DNA of 48,016 nucleotides from contig JAWOHJ010000073.1 in assembly GCA_046485225.1 (NCBI GenBank), forward strand, positions 1 through 48,016. The letters run 5' to 3'. The stretch comes from Lutibacter sp. (GTDB taxonomy: Bacteria; Bacteroidota; Bacteroidia; Flavobacteriales; Flavobacteriaceae). This document shows, piece by piece, positions 8,744 through 17,863 of this stretch (positions are counted from its first letter, which is position 1; every line of letters starts with the position of its first letter). The notes under the pieces are model-generated. The model had not been told where the DNA came from and made no database searches. It was given only the letters and a program-made list of their open reading frames with translations. Made by a program: the position numbers and the translations under genes.

Positions 8744-11700
8744 CTATAGCCTTTTTTTACTTTTAAGCTCTTTATATTTTGAAGGAAGGCAATTAAATTG
8801 CTTTTTAAAAGAAACTTTAAAATATTTGTAATCATTAAATCCAACTTCATAGGCAATTTGATTTAAATTCAAGTCTTCGCTAAGAATTAAATAAGCTGCT
8901 CTTTTTAAACGTATTGACCTAATAAAAGCGGTTATGGATAGTCCTGTTAATGATTTAATTTTTCGGTAAAGCGTAGATTGGCTCATATTTAATTCATCAA
9001 CCATGTTTTCTATGCCAAAAGCAACATTGTCTATGTTTTTTTCAACCAGCAAAATTGCTTTTTGAATAAAAGCGTTTTCTGTGTTGGATTCTGTTTCAGC
9101 TTCTGCCTCTGTAGGTTCAAACTTCACTTTATTAAGCAAATACGCCCTTAATTTTTCCCTGTTTTCCAATAAACTGGCGATTCTGGCCTTAATTACTTTT
9201 GCATTAAAAGGTTTGGTGATATAGTCATCGGCACCTGTTTTAAGGCCTTCAATTTCAAAAACCGAAGATGTTCTTGCGGTCAGCAAAATAATTGGAATGT
9301 GCGAGGTTGTAATTTGTGTTTTTAATTCCTTGCACAGTGTGATACCGTCTTTTCCGGGCATCATCACATCGCTAATAATTAAGTCAGGGATTTCTGAAGA
9401 AGCAATTTCGTAGCCAGTATTTCCGTTATCTGCCTGCAAAACAGTGTAAGTATCCGTCAAAACATCTTTAAGATAATTTAAGATATCCAAATTATCATCT
9501 ATAATAAGGATGGAATGTTCTTTAGGATTGATGTTAAAATTATCAAAAGGCAATTCAAAATCTTTGATTTTGTAGGCATTGATGTTATCAGTGCTTTGTA
9601 AATTTTCATTGATTTCTCCTTTATAAATATTTGGGTTGAGTGAAAGTTTTATTAAAAACTCTGTTCCTACATTTTTTTCACTTGACACTTCGATACTGCC
9701 ATGATGCAGTTCAACAATTTTCTTTGAAAATGTCAATCCAATTCCGCTGCCAATCATTCTTGCTGAATTGGCTGATTTGATTTGAAAAAACCGATCAAAT
9801 ATTTTTTCGAGATATTCACTTTTCATACCGATGCCGGTATCTTTAATGGAGACGATGCAATGTCCATTTTCTTTATAAACCGATAAGGTGACTTTATCTC
9901 CGGATTCGGTATATTTTAAAGCATTAGAAAGTAAATTACACAAAACAATTTCCATCTTGTTTCTGTCGAATGGAAATAATATTTCTTCTTCATCCGACTT
10001 AAATTTGTAACTGATATTTTTAGATTTCGCTGATTGTTTAAAATACAGAAATACTTCTTTTGAAAATCGCACAAAATCCCCCTGGGAAACTTCCAATTTC
10101 AACAAGCCGTGATCTGCTTTCCTAAAGTCCAATAATTGATTTATAAGATTCAGCAGCCTGTTGGTATTTCTGTCAATAAACATTAAATTTTTTAATACTT
10201 TAGGCGGCAGACTCTCACTTTCAACAAGTTCCTGTAACGGACCTAAAATAAGCGTTAGTGGCGACCTGAACTCATGGGAGATGTTTGTGAAAAAATTTAA
10301 TTTGGCTTCTGACAATTCTATTTCTTTTTCTTTATCAATTCTGGCAATTTCAAGATTGTTTTTTAATTGCAGCCTAAGGCGGTTTGCTCTTACAAAATAG
10401 ACTGTAATTAAAATTAAAATTAAAGCATAAACAAGCACTGCAAACGGGGTTTTCCAGGGAGAGGCCAAGATGGTTAATTCAATAGATTTTGGGTTGCTCC
10501 AGTTTTTATTATCTCTGGAACCTTCTATTTCAAGGGTATAATTTCCGGGGGAAAGTCCTGCAAAGTTAATTTCATTTCTGTTTTGCAGATCAGTCCAGGA
10601 ATCTTGGTAACCATCCAATCGATATCTATATTTGATGTTTAGTTTTCCCATAAAATCATTGGCAACAAAACTTGTTGAAAAGAAATTATCTCTGTGGGTT
10701 AATCTAATTTCTTTGGCATAATTTATATTGTTGTCAAGTATTTCGCTTCCTTTTTCATATTGAATCAAATTGTTATTGACCCTTAAATTGGTTAAAATTA
10801 TTTCGGGAACGGTACTGACGTTTTTAATTGAATTGGGGTTAAAAAAAGTAATGTTGTCAATTCCTCCAAAATAAATCTCTTTATTTTGGAAATTATAGAA
10901 GCTTGAATTGTTAAAAGATGTGGTGCTAATACCATTTATTTCACCATAACTGATGACTGATTTATTTGTTTCATTATATTTAACAATCTCAGTATGCGTG
11001 CTCATCCATAAATTATTGTTCGCATCAAAAGTTACCGCACAAATAAAATCGCTGTTCAATCCATTTTCTTTTGTCACAGAATCTTCAAGGATTAATTTTC
11101 CGCTTTTGTATTTCAGTTTATAAAGTCCGCCCGGCGTCGCCAACCAAATATCGTCTCCTTTTAAGGTCATTGCATTAATGATGACACTGGAAAGTTTGTC
11201 TTTTAACAGTTTTGATTGGTGCGTAAAGCTTTTGTTTTTTTTATCATAAAGATGAAGGCCATAATAAGAACTCACCCAAATATTTCCATTTTTATCTGCC
11301 TGAATTCCTGTGATTCTGTTGCTTTCTAATTTTTGACTATTATTTAAATTCTCTGCATAAAACACATAAGACGCATTATTTTTTATGCTGTCTAAGTTAA
11401 CAACGGCAAGACCTAGTTCTTGTGTTCCCAAAAACAGGCTGTTGTTTTTATCTATATAAAAAGAGGTGACTTTTTTTATGGCATCGTTGAAGAAGATTAT
11501 TTTTTCAAGGTTAAGGTCATATATGTAAAAACCATCGTTGGTACCAATGTAAAGTTTTCCTTTGTACTCGTAAATTGCTTTTATTCTATCATTTCCTATC
11601 TCTTTAATTTGCTTTAAGCTACTAAAATCTTTGCCATAATAAAGACCGCTAAATATGGTACCGACAAATAGGTTTTTATCGTTTCTGTAAATTGTTGAAA

Positions 11701-12757
11701 TATTTAAGAGGCCTTTTAACTCCTGATTTACAATCAATCTGTCTGCATTATTAAATCCATTTCCTTCAATAAGTCTAACAAGTCCGCCATTGGCAGTTCC
11801 CAGCCAAATAATATTATTTTTATCCTGATGAATAGTGAGGATGGTATTGTAATTGGCACTTATTTTTTCAGAAGTACGAGAGATTAATTCAATATTATCA
11901 AACTTAGAAACATCTGAATTGCTTCTGTAAATGCCATTTCCCCAGGTGCCAATCCATATTCTATGATGGTTGTCTATATATAGTTTTTTGGTAAACTCCG
12001 AAATAACACCTGTTTCAAAAGACGAAATACTATTTGTGTTAAAGTCATAGTTATAAAGTTTGGAATTTTTAAATCCGCCAACCGTAATCCAAACTTTTTC
12101 CCTAAAAGGATCGGAAATTATATCGGAGATATATTCATCAAAAAGATATTCATATATTTTATTTTCAGCGGGAACGTATTTATGCAGTTTACGATTGACA
12201 GCAAACCACATATAATCGTTAAAATCTTTTGTAATACAGTAAACTGGCGTAATACTTTCATATTTTTTTAGCAACTTTTTATTGATGTAATCAATTACAA
12301 ATATACCATTGCCCCATGTGCCAATCCAAATGTTTCCATTATTGTCCTGCGAAATTGCGGTTATACGCAGGTTGCCTTCATTATTTAAATCGATTAAATG
12401 ATTGAAATTTTTTATGGTGTTATTTTTAATATCCAAGTAAAATATTCCCCCGCTTTTTGTTCCGATCCAAATATTGTTGTTTTTATCCTTAAACAACACT
12501 TCAATATTTTCATTCAGCAGTTCTTTATAACCTTTTCCTGGTTTTATGTATTCAAAATCATAACCATTAAATTTAGTAATGCCGTTTTCTGTTCCTATCC
12601 ACTTAATATTTAAATCATCACTAACAATTGATGTCACATAATTATGGGACAAACCTTGTTTGGTATTGATAAAGTCAATTACGTAATTATGATCATTCTG
12701 CTGAGCATATGCAGATATGAAAATTAAAATAAATAAAATACTTATGACTTTTTTCAT
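8744..12757 (-). CDS. Hybrid two-component system (beta-propeller sensor, Y_Y_Y, His kinase, receiver, AraC HTH)
   Basis: Repeated IWIGT propeller blades; KYRYRLDGYQDSW; one TM segment; FFTNISHEFRSPLTLI; NLLSNALKYT; GSGIGL; DLIISDVMMP; IAYEVGFNDYKYF. Confidence 0.97.
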   Translation of the reverse strand: MKKVISILFILIFISAYAQQNDHNYVIDFINTKQGLSHNYVTSIVSDDLNIKWIGTENGITKFNGYDFEYIKPGKGYKELLNENIEVLFKDKNNNIWIGTKSGGIFYLDIKNNTIKNFNHLIDLNNEGNLRITAISQDNNGNIWIGTWGNGIFVIDYINKKLLKKYESITPVYCITKDFNDYMWFAVNRKLHKYVPAENKIYEYLFDEYISDIISDPFREKVWITVGGFKNSKLYNYDFNTNSISSFETGVISEFTKKLYIDNHHRIWIGTWGNGIYRSNSDVSKFDNIELISRTSEKISANYNTILTIHQDKNNIIWLGTANGGLVRLIEGNGFNNADRLIVNQELKGLLNISTIYRNDKNLFVGTIFSGLYYGKDFSSLKQIKEIGNDRIKAIYEYKGKLYIGTNDGFYIYDLNLEKIIFFNDAIKKVTSFYIDKNNSLFLGTQELGLAVVNLDSIKNNASYVFYAENLNNSQKLESNRITGIQADKNGNIWVSSYYGLHLYDKKNKSFTHQSKLLKDKLSSVIINAMTLKGDDIWLATPGGLYKLKYKSGKLILEDSVTKENGLNSDFICAVTFDANNNLWMSTHTEIVKYNETNKSVISYGEINGISTTSFNNSSFYNFQNKEIYFGGIDNITFFNPNSIKNVSTVPEIILTNLRVNNNLIQYEKGSEILDNNINYAKEIRLTHRDNFFSTSFVANDFMGKLNIKYRYRLDGYQDSWTDLQNRNEINFAGLSPGNYTLEIEGSRDNKNWSNPKSIELTILASPWKTPFAVLVYALILILITVYFVRANRLRLQLKNNLEIARIDKEKEIELSEAKLNFFTNISHEFRSPLTLILGPLQELVESESLPPKVLKNLMFIDRNTNRLLNLINQLLDFRKADHGLLKLEVSQGDFVRFSKEVFLYFKQSAKSKNISYKFKSDEEEILFPFDRNKMEIVLCNLLSNALKYTESGDKVTLSVYKENGHCIVSIKDTGIGMKSEYLEKIFDRFFQIKSANSARMIGSGIGLTFSKKIVELHHGSIEVSSEKNVGTEFLIKLSLNPNIYKGEINENLQSTDNINAYKIKDFELPFDNFNINPKEHSILIIDDNLDILNYLKDVLTDTYTVLQADNGNTGYEIASSEIPDLIISDVMMPGKDGITLCKELKTQITTSHIPIILLTARTSSVFEIEGLKTGADDYITKPFNAKVIKARIASLLENREKLRAYLLNKVKFEPTEAEAETESNTENAFIQKAILLVEKNIDNVAFGIENMVDELNMSQSTLYRKIKSLTGLSITAFIRSIRLKRAAYLILSEDLNLNQIAYEVGFNDYKYFKVSFKKQFNCLPSKYKELKSKKRL

Positions 12758-12930
12758 AGTTTACGCAGTCGCTAAAATTTTTATACGCAAGAATTTATAC
12801 ATGCTTATTAAAGTTAACCAATGAATACATTCGTAGAACAAAATTTTTTGAATTTAATAATTATTGGTATTTGGAGGGTAATTTAAAAAATTATTTTAAA
12901 ATTAAACACTAAAAAAACAATTCATTATCC

Positions 12931-12999
12931 CTTTGAACATTTTAACCCCTTTATTGATCTATTAACACCCAAACTTTTTTAAATAAACCATTATTTTTG
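12931..12999 (+). promoter_or_regulatory. Sulfatase/GH operon promoter: two 21-bp direct repeats plus -7 box
   Basis: CTTTGAACATTTTAACCCCTT (12931-12951), TATTGATCTATTAACACCCAA (12952-12972), 19 nt, TATTTTTG (12992-12999). Confidence 0.75.
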
Positions 13000-13035
13000 A
13001 AATTCATTAATATTTTTATAAATTTCTCAAAACAA

Positions 13036-14505
13036 ATGACGAAACCCAAAATTACTTTAAAGTTAAAAAAAACAATTATTTTATATGTGTTGAGCTTATG
13101 CTTTGGGATTTTTTCTTATGCTCAAAACAATTTATCAAATCAATTATCAAAAGCCTCAACAAATAGTAACCGTTCGCCAAACTTCATCATCATTTTAGCA
13201 GATGATTTGGGCTATGAAGATGTCGGTTTTAATGGCAGTTTAGACATTCCAACACCAAATATTGATAAAATTGCGTCGCAAGGGGCAACTTTTACCAATG
13301 CCTATGTGAGCTATGCTGTTTGTGGTCCAAGCAGAGCAGGATTAATAACCGGGCGTTATCAGGACAGATTTGGTTTTTCCAGAAACCCTTTGTTTGCGCC
13401 AAATGATCCTGAAATGGGTTTGCCGCTTACCGAAGAAACATTGGCAGCAGCGCTTAAAAAAGCAAATTATAAATCAGTTGCTTTGGGTAAATGGCATTTA
13501 GGTGCTCACGAAAGTTTACGCCCTTTGCAAAGAGGTTTTGATGATTTCTACGGATTTTTAAGTGGCGGGCATCAGTATTTTCCGGAATTATTGACCTTAC
13601 AGGATGAATATGAGGTGAAAGCCAATTTCGACGCTTACAAAACCAAACTGCTAAGAAATAATGACCGCGTTGAAGAAAATGAATACCTGACCGATGCTTT
13701 TTCCAGAGAAGCCGTTGCGTATATTGAAAAATATAAAGCGGAACCGTTTTTTATCTATTTGGCTTATAACGCGCCCCATACCCCACTGCAAGCCACTGAA
13801 AAATATTTAAACAGGTTTGAAAATATCAAGGATGAAAAACGCAAAACTTATGCGGCAATGGTGAGCGCAGTGGATGATGGCGTTGGCAACGTACTTCAAA
13901 AACTTGAAGAATTGGGACTTACGGAAAATACAGTGGTTGTTTTTTTATCAGACAATGGCGGACCGGAAAGCACCAATGGATCAAATAACGGGCGGCTTAG
14001 AGGCGGAAAAAGTGCGTTGTTTGAAGGCGGTATTCGTGTTCCCTTTGCGATGAAATGGCCAAAGAAAATTCCGGCTGGAATGATTTATGACGCACCTATT
14101 ATTTCTTTAGACTTATTTTCGACTTTTATAGCGCAATCAACAATTCCGATCAAAACAAAAAACGAACTTGATGGCGTAAACCTGGTTCCTTACTTAACAG
14201 GTGAAAATACAGGAAAACCTCATGATTACTTGTTCTGGAGAAAATTTGATCATCAAAATTATGCTGCCATCAGCAGTTCTGAAGATAAAATGATCATTGA
14301 CAAAGAGCGACAAATGTTGTTTAATTTAACTAAAAACATTTCTGAAAGCGATAACATCATCAACCAAAACCAAGAAATTTTTAAACAACTTCTCTTCAAA
14401 TATGAAGAATGGAAGTCGAAAATGATCGACCCCGTTTTTATAGGTTTAGAATCAGATGCGGCATACAGTAAAAAAAATCCGAATAGATTTATTCGTCCAA
14501 ACTAA
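13036..14505 (+). CDS. S1 sulfatase, secreted; paralogous to the sulfatase at 1044-2462
   Basis: PNFIIILADDLG, CGPSRAGLITGRYQDRFGF, GKWHLG, YNAPHTP. Signal peptide ends SYA-Q. The track's TTG start at 12997 overlaps the -7 box, so ATG 13036 is used. Confidence 0.94.
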   Translation: MTKPKITLKLKKTIILYVLSLCFGIFSYAQNNLSNQLSKASTNSNRSPNFIIILADDLGYEDVGFNGSLDIPTPNIDKIASQGATFTNAYVSYAVCGPSRAGLITGRYQDRFGFSRNPLFAPNDPEMGLPLTEETLAAALKKANYKSVALGKWHLGAHESLRPLQRGFDDFYGFLSGGHQYFPELLTLQDEYEVKANFDAYKTKLLRNNDRVEENEYLTDAFSREAVAYIEKYKAEPFFIYLAYNAPHTPLQATEKYLNRFENIKDEKRKTYAAMVSAVDDGVGNVLQKLEELGLTENTVVVFLSDNGGPESTNGSNNGRLRGGKSALFEGGIRVPFAMKWPKKIPAGMIYDAPIISLDLFSTFIAQSTIPIKTKNELDGVNLVPYLTGENTGKPHDYLFWRKFDHQNYAAISSSEDKMIIDKERQMLFNLTKNISESDNIINQNQEIFKQLLFKYEEWKSKMIDPVFIGLESDAAYSKKNPNRFIRPN

Positions 14506-14525
14506 TAATTACTAAAATTAAAACA

Positions 14526-16082
14526 ATGAGAAAAATTCACTTACTATTTTTTAGCTTATCATTATTGTTTTTTTCTTGCGGAAAAAACAATAAATCAACT
14601 GTAATAGCTGAAACGAAACCAATTGCCCAGCCTAATATCATTATAATTTACCTGGATGATCTTGGTTATGGTGATATTAGTTCATATGGCGCAACAGAAA
14701 TAGCGACGCCAAATATTGATGATTTGGCCAATAACGGACTTAAGTTCACAAATGGTTATGCCTCATCCGCAACCTGTTCGCCAAGCAGGTATGCCTTATT
14801 AACAGGAACGTATCCTTGGCGCAATAAAGATGCTAAAATTTTACCTGGCACAGCACCCTTACTTATTGATACTGCTCAAGTAACCATTCCTAAAATGCTT
14901 AAAGCTAAAGGGTATCACACTGGGATTGTTGGAAAATGGCATTTAGGCTTGGGAGACGGAAATGTTGACTGGAATACCCGAATTTCACCAGGCCCAAACG
15001 AAGTAGGATTTGATTACAGCTATATTATGGCAGCAACCCAAGATAGGGTTCCAACAGTTTATATTAAAAATGGCTATGTTGATAATTTAGATCCAAATGA
15101 TCCTATTGAGGTGAATTATGATAAAAATTTTGAGGGAGAACCGACGGGAACAAACAATCCCGAACTATTAAAAATGATTGGAGATCCGCAACACAGCAAT
15201 AGCATTAACAATGGCGTGCCAAGAATTGGTTTTATGAAAGGCGGCAATTCGGCCAAATGGATTGATGAAGATATGGCCGATAAATTTTTAATTGAAGCTC
15301 AAAAATATGTGAAAGAACAGAAAGATAAACCTTTCTTTTTATTCTATGCGCTACAACAACCTCACGTGCCTCGTACACCACATCCTCGCTTTGTTGGCAC
15401 TTCAGGAATGGGACCAAGAGGCGATGTGATTATAGAAGCAGATTGGGTTATTGGTGAGTTGGTGAAAACGCTAAAAGAAGAAGGTTTGTTAGAAAATACG
15501 CTTATTGTATTCACCAGTGATAACGGACCGGTTTTAGACGACGGTTACGTGGACGATGCTGTGGAAAAAATTGGCAAACACAAACCGTCGGGTAATTTAC
15601 GAGGTGGAAAATACAGCTTATTGGAAGCTGGAACACGTGTTCCGTTTATAACATATTGGAAAGGAAAAATAAATGCCGGTGTTTCTGATGCTTTGGTTTC
15701 TCAGGTTGATTTGCTGTCATCTTTATCAGCACTTGCAGGAAATAATACAACCGTAGCAGATAGCCAAAACTTAATGGATGTTTTCTTAGGCAAAAGCAAT
15801 AAAGGAAGAGAAGATTTTATTATTGAAGCAAACACCAAAACTGCATTAAGAATGGGCGATTGGATTTTAATTCCGCCTTATAAAGGACCAGCGGTAAATA
15901 ATATTAAAAAAATAGAAACAGGGAATTTAAATGAGTATCAACTTTATAATTTAAAAGATGACATTGGCCAAAAAAATAATCTGGCAAAAACAAATCCTGA
16001 AAAATTAGAGGAACTTTTAAAACGTTTTCTGGCAATAAGAGGAGAATCTTATAAGGAAACTGAAGAACCTGTTTTCAGATAA
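14526..16082 (+). CDS. S1 sulfatase lipoprotein (tentatively S1_15-like)
   Basis: Lipobox FFSC; CSPSRYALLTGTYPWR, MAATQDRVP, PHVPRTPH, GGKYS. The subfamily call is from recollection of motifs only. Confidence 0.94.
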   Translation: MRKIHLLFFSLSLLFFSCGKNNKSTVIAETKPIAQPNIIIIYLDDLGYGDISSYGATEIATPNIDDLANNGLKFTNGYASSATCSPSRYALLTGTYPWRNKDAKILPGTAPLLIDTAQVTIPKMLKAKGYHTGIVGKWHLGLGDGNVDWNTRISPGPNEVGFDYSYIMAATQDRVPTVYIKNGYVDNLDPNDPIEVNYDKNFEGEPTGTNNPELLKMIGDPQHSNSINNGVPRIGFMKGGNSAKWIDEDMADKFLIEAQKYVKEQKDKPFFLFYALQQPHVPRTPHPRFVGTSGMGPRGDVIIEADWVIGELVKTLKEEGLLENTLIVFTSDNGPVLDDGYVDDAVEKIGKHKPSGNLRGGKYSLLEAGTRVPFITYWKGKINAGVSDALVSQVDLLSSLSALAGNNTTVADSQNLMDVFLGKSNKGREDFIIEANTKTALRMGDWILIPPYKGPAVNNIKKIETGNLNEYQLYNLKDDIGQKNNLAKTNPEKLEELLKRFLAIRGESYKETEEPVFR

Positions 16083-16253
16083 AAAAGCATAAATAAATAG
16101 CGATGAAAAAGAAACATTTACTATATTTTTTGCTACCCTAATTATGTTCCCAACAATAAAATCGGAAGAAATTTGGGTACACAAAACTTAGTAAATTAAT
16201 GATTGTTTTCTTAGAAACATCAATTAAATAAATGCTTTAAATTTTAAGAACCC

Positions 16254-17852
16254 ATGAAAATTAAATATGTTTTAATTCTTATTACAATTTTAGTAACCAC
16301 TTTATCTTGTAAAGAAAAAAGCAAATTAACGGAAGTTAAAATTCCAAAAAAACCAAATATACTGTTTGTATTGGTAGATGATTTAGGCTACAACGATTTG
16401 GGATTTACTGGAAGTGATTTTTATGAAACGCCCAACATTGATAATTTGGCAACGCAAGGCATGGTTTTTTCGCAAGGCTATGCAAACAGCCGCGTATGCA
16501 GTCCTTCAAGAGCCAGTATTATGACAGGCAAATTTACGGCAAGACACGGAATTACGGATTGGATAGGCGCTAAAACAGGCGAAGACTGGCGCAGCTTAAA
16601 CAGACACGATAAATTATTGCCTGCTGAATATGTTCTTGAATTGCCAAAAGCTGACAATACTTTGGCCGAAGTGATGAAAGCAAATGGGTACAAAACTTTT
16701 TTTGCGGGTAAATGGCATTTGGGCGATGAAGGCTCATTGCCAGAAGACCACGGTTTTGAAATTAACAAAGGCGGATATGAAGCGGGAAGTCCGAAAGGTG
16801 GCTTTTTTTCACCTTATGCAAACCCTAAGTTAGCGGATGGCCCTGAAGGAGAAAACCTATCAATGCGATTGGCAAATGAAACCGTTTTGTTTATGGAGCA
16901 AAACAAAACCGCACCCTTTTTCGCTTTTCTGTCTTTTTATGCAGTTCATGGTCCAATTCAAACAAATCAGGAGAAATGGAGCAAATATCAAAACAAGGCA
17001 ACGCAGCAAGGCATCAAAGAGAATGGGTTTGTTATGGAACGTAAACTGCCGATAAGACAAACACAGGACAATCCGGTTTATGCAGGTTTGGTGGAAAGTA
17101 TGGATGATGCGGTTGGCGAGGTTTTAAACGGTTTAAAAAAGCTGGGATTGGATAAAAATACCATCGTCATATTTACTTCGGACAATGGCGGTGTTTCGTC
17201 AGGAGATTCATTTTCAACATCAAGTCTTCCGTTTCGCGGCGGAAAAGGCTACCAATGGGAAGGCGGTATTCGCGAACCTTATATTATTTATGTGCCGTGG
17301 ATGCATTCAAAAGGCAAAACAAACGCGTATCCTGTTACCGGTGCCGATTTTTTCCCAACGATTTTGGATTATGCTAACATTGATTTATTGCCTCAACAAC
17401 ATCAAGACGGCATCAGTTTAAAATCTATTATCAACAAAGGAATGGCACCTGCAGCAAGACCTTTGTACTGGCATTATCCGCATTACGGAAACCAGGGCGG
17501 TGATCCTTCATCCATTATCAGGGAAGGCGATTGGAAATTGATTCATTATTATGAAGACAATCGCAATGAGTTGTACAATCTTTCTAAAGATCCTTATGAA
17601 AAAAATGATTTGGCAAAGTCATCGCCAGAAATCGCAAAAAAACTCAATGAAAAATTGCAAAGTTGGCTAACAGAAGTCGGTGCAAAATATCCCATTATCG
17701 ATAATGAGTTTGATGCAACAATGCGTGAAAATTATCAGGATAAAGTCAAAAACGAAATGTTGCCCAAGTTGGAAAAAGAGCGCTTAAAAATGTTGTCAAA
17801 AGATTTTCAGCCCAATAAAGATTGGTGGGGAAGCAAAATAACTAATGATTAA
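16254..17852 (+). CDS. S1 sulfatase lipoprotein (tentatively S1_16-like)
   Basis: Lipobox TLSC; CSPSRASIMTG, GKWHLG, LYWHYPHYGNQGG. The subfamily call is tentative. Confidence 0.94.
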   Translation: MKIKYVLILITILVTTLSCKEKSKLTEVKIPKKPNILFVLVDDLGYNDLGFTGSDFYETPNIDNLATQGMVFSQGYANSRVCSPSRASIMTGKFTARHGITDWIGAKTGEDWRSLNRHDKLLPAEYVLELPKADNTLAEVMKANGYKTFFAGKWHLGDEGSLPEDHGFEINKGGYEAGSPKGGFFSPYANPKLADGPEGENLSMRLANETVLFMEQNKTAPFFAFLSFYAVHGPIQTNQEKWSKYQNKATQQGIKENGFVMERKLPIRQTQDNPVYAGLVESMDDAVGEVLNGLKKLGLDKNTIVIFTSDNGGVSSGDSFSTSSLPFRGGKGYQWEGGIREPYIIYVPWMHSKGKTNAYPVTGADFFPTILDYANIDLLPQQHQDGISLKSIINKGMAPAARPLYWHYPHYGNQGGDPSSIIREGDWKLIHYYEDNRNELYNLSKDPYEKNDLAKSSPEIAKKLNEKLQSWLTEVGAKYPIIDNEFDATMRENYQDKVKNEMLPKLEKERLKMLSKDFQPNKDWWGSKITND

Positions 17853-17863
17853 ATGTATTTTAA

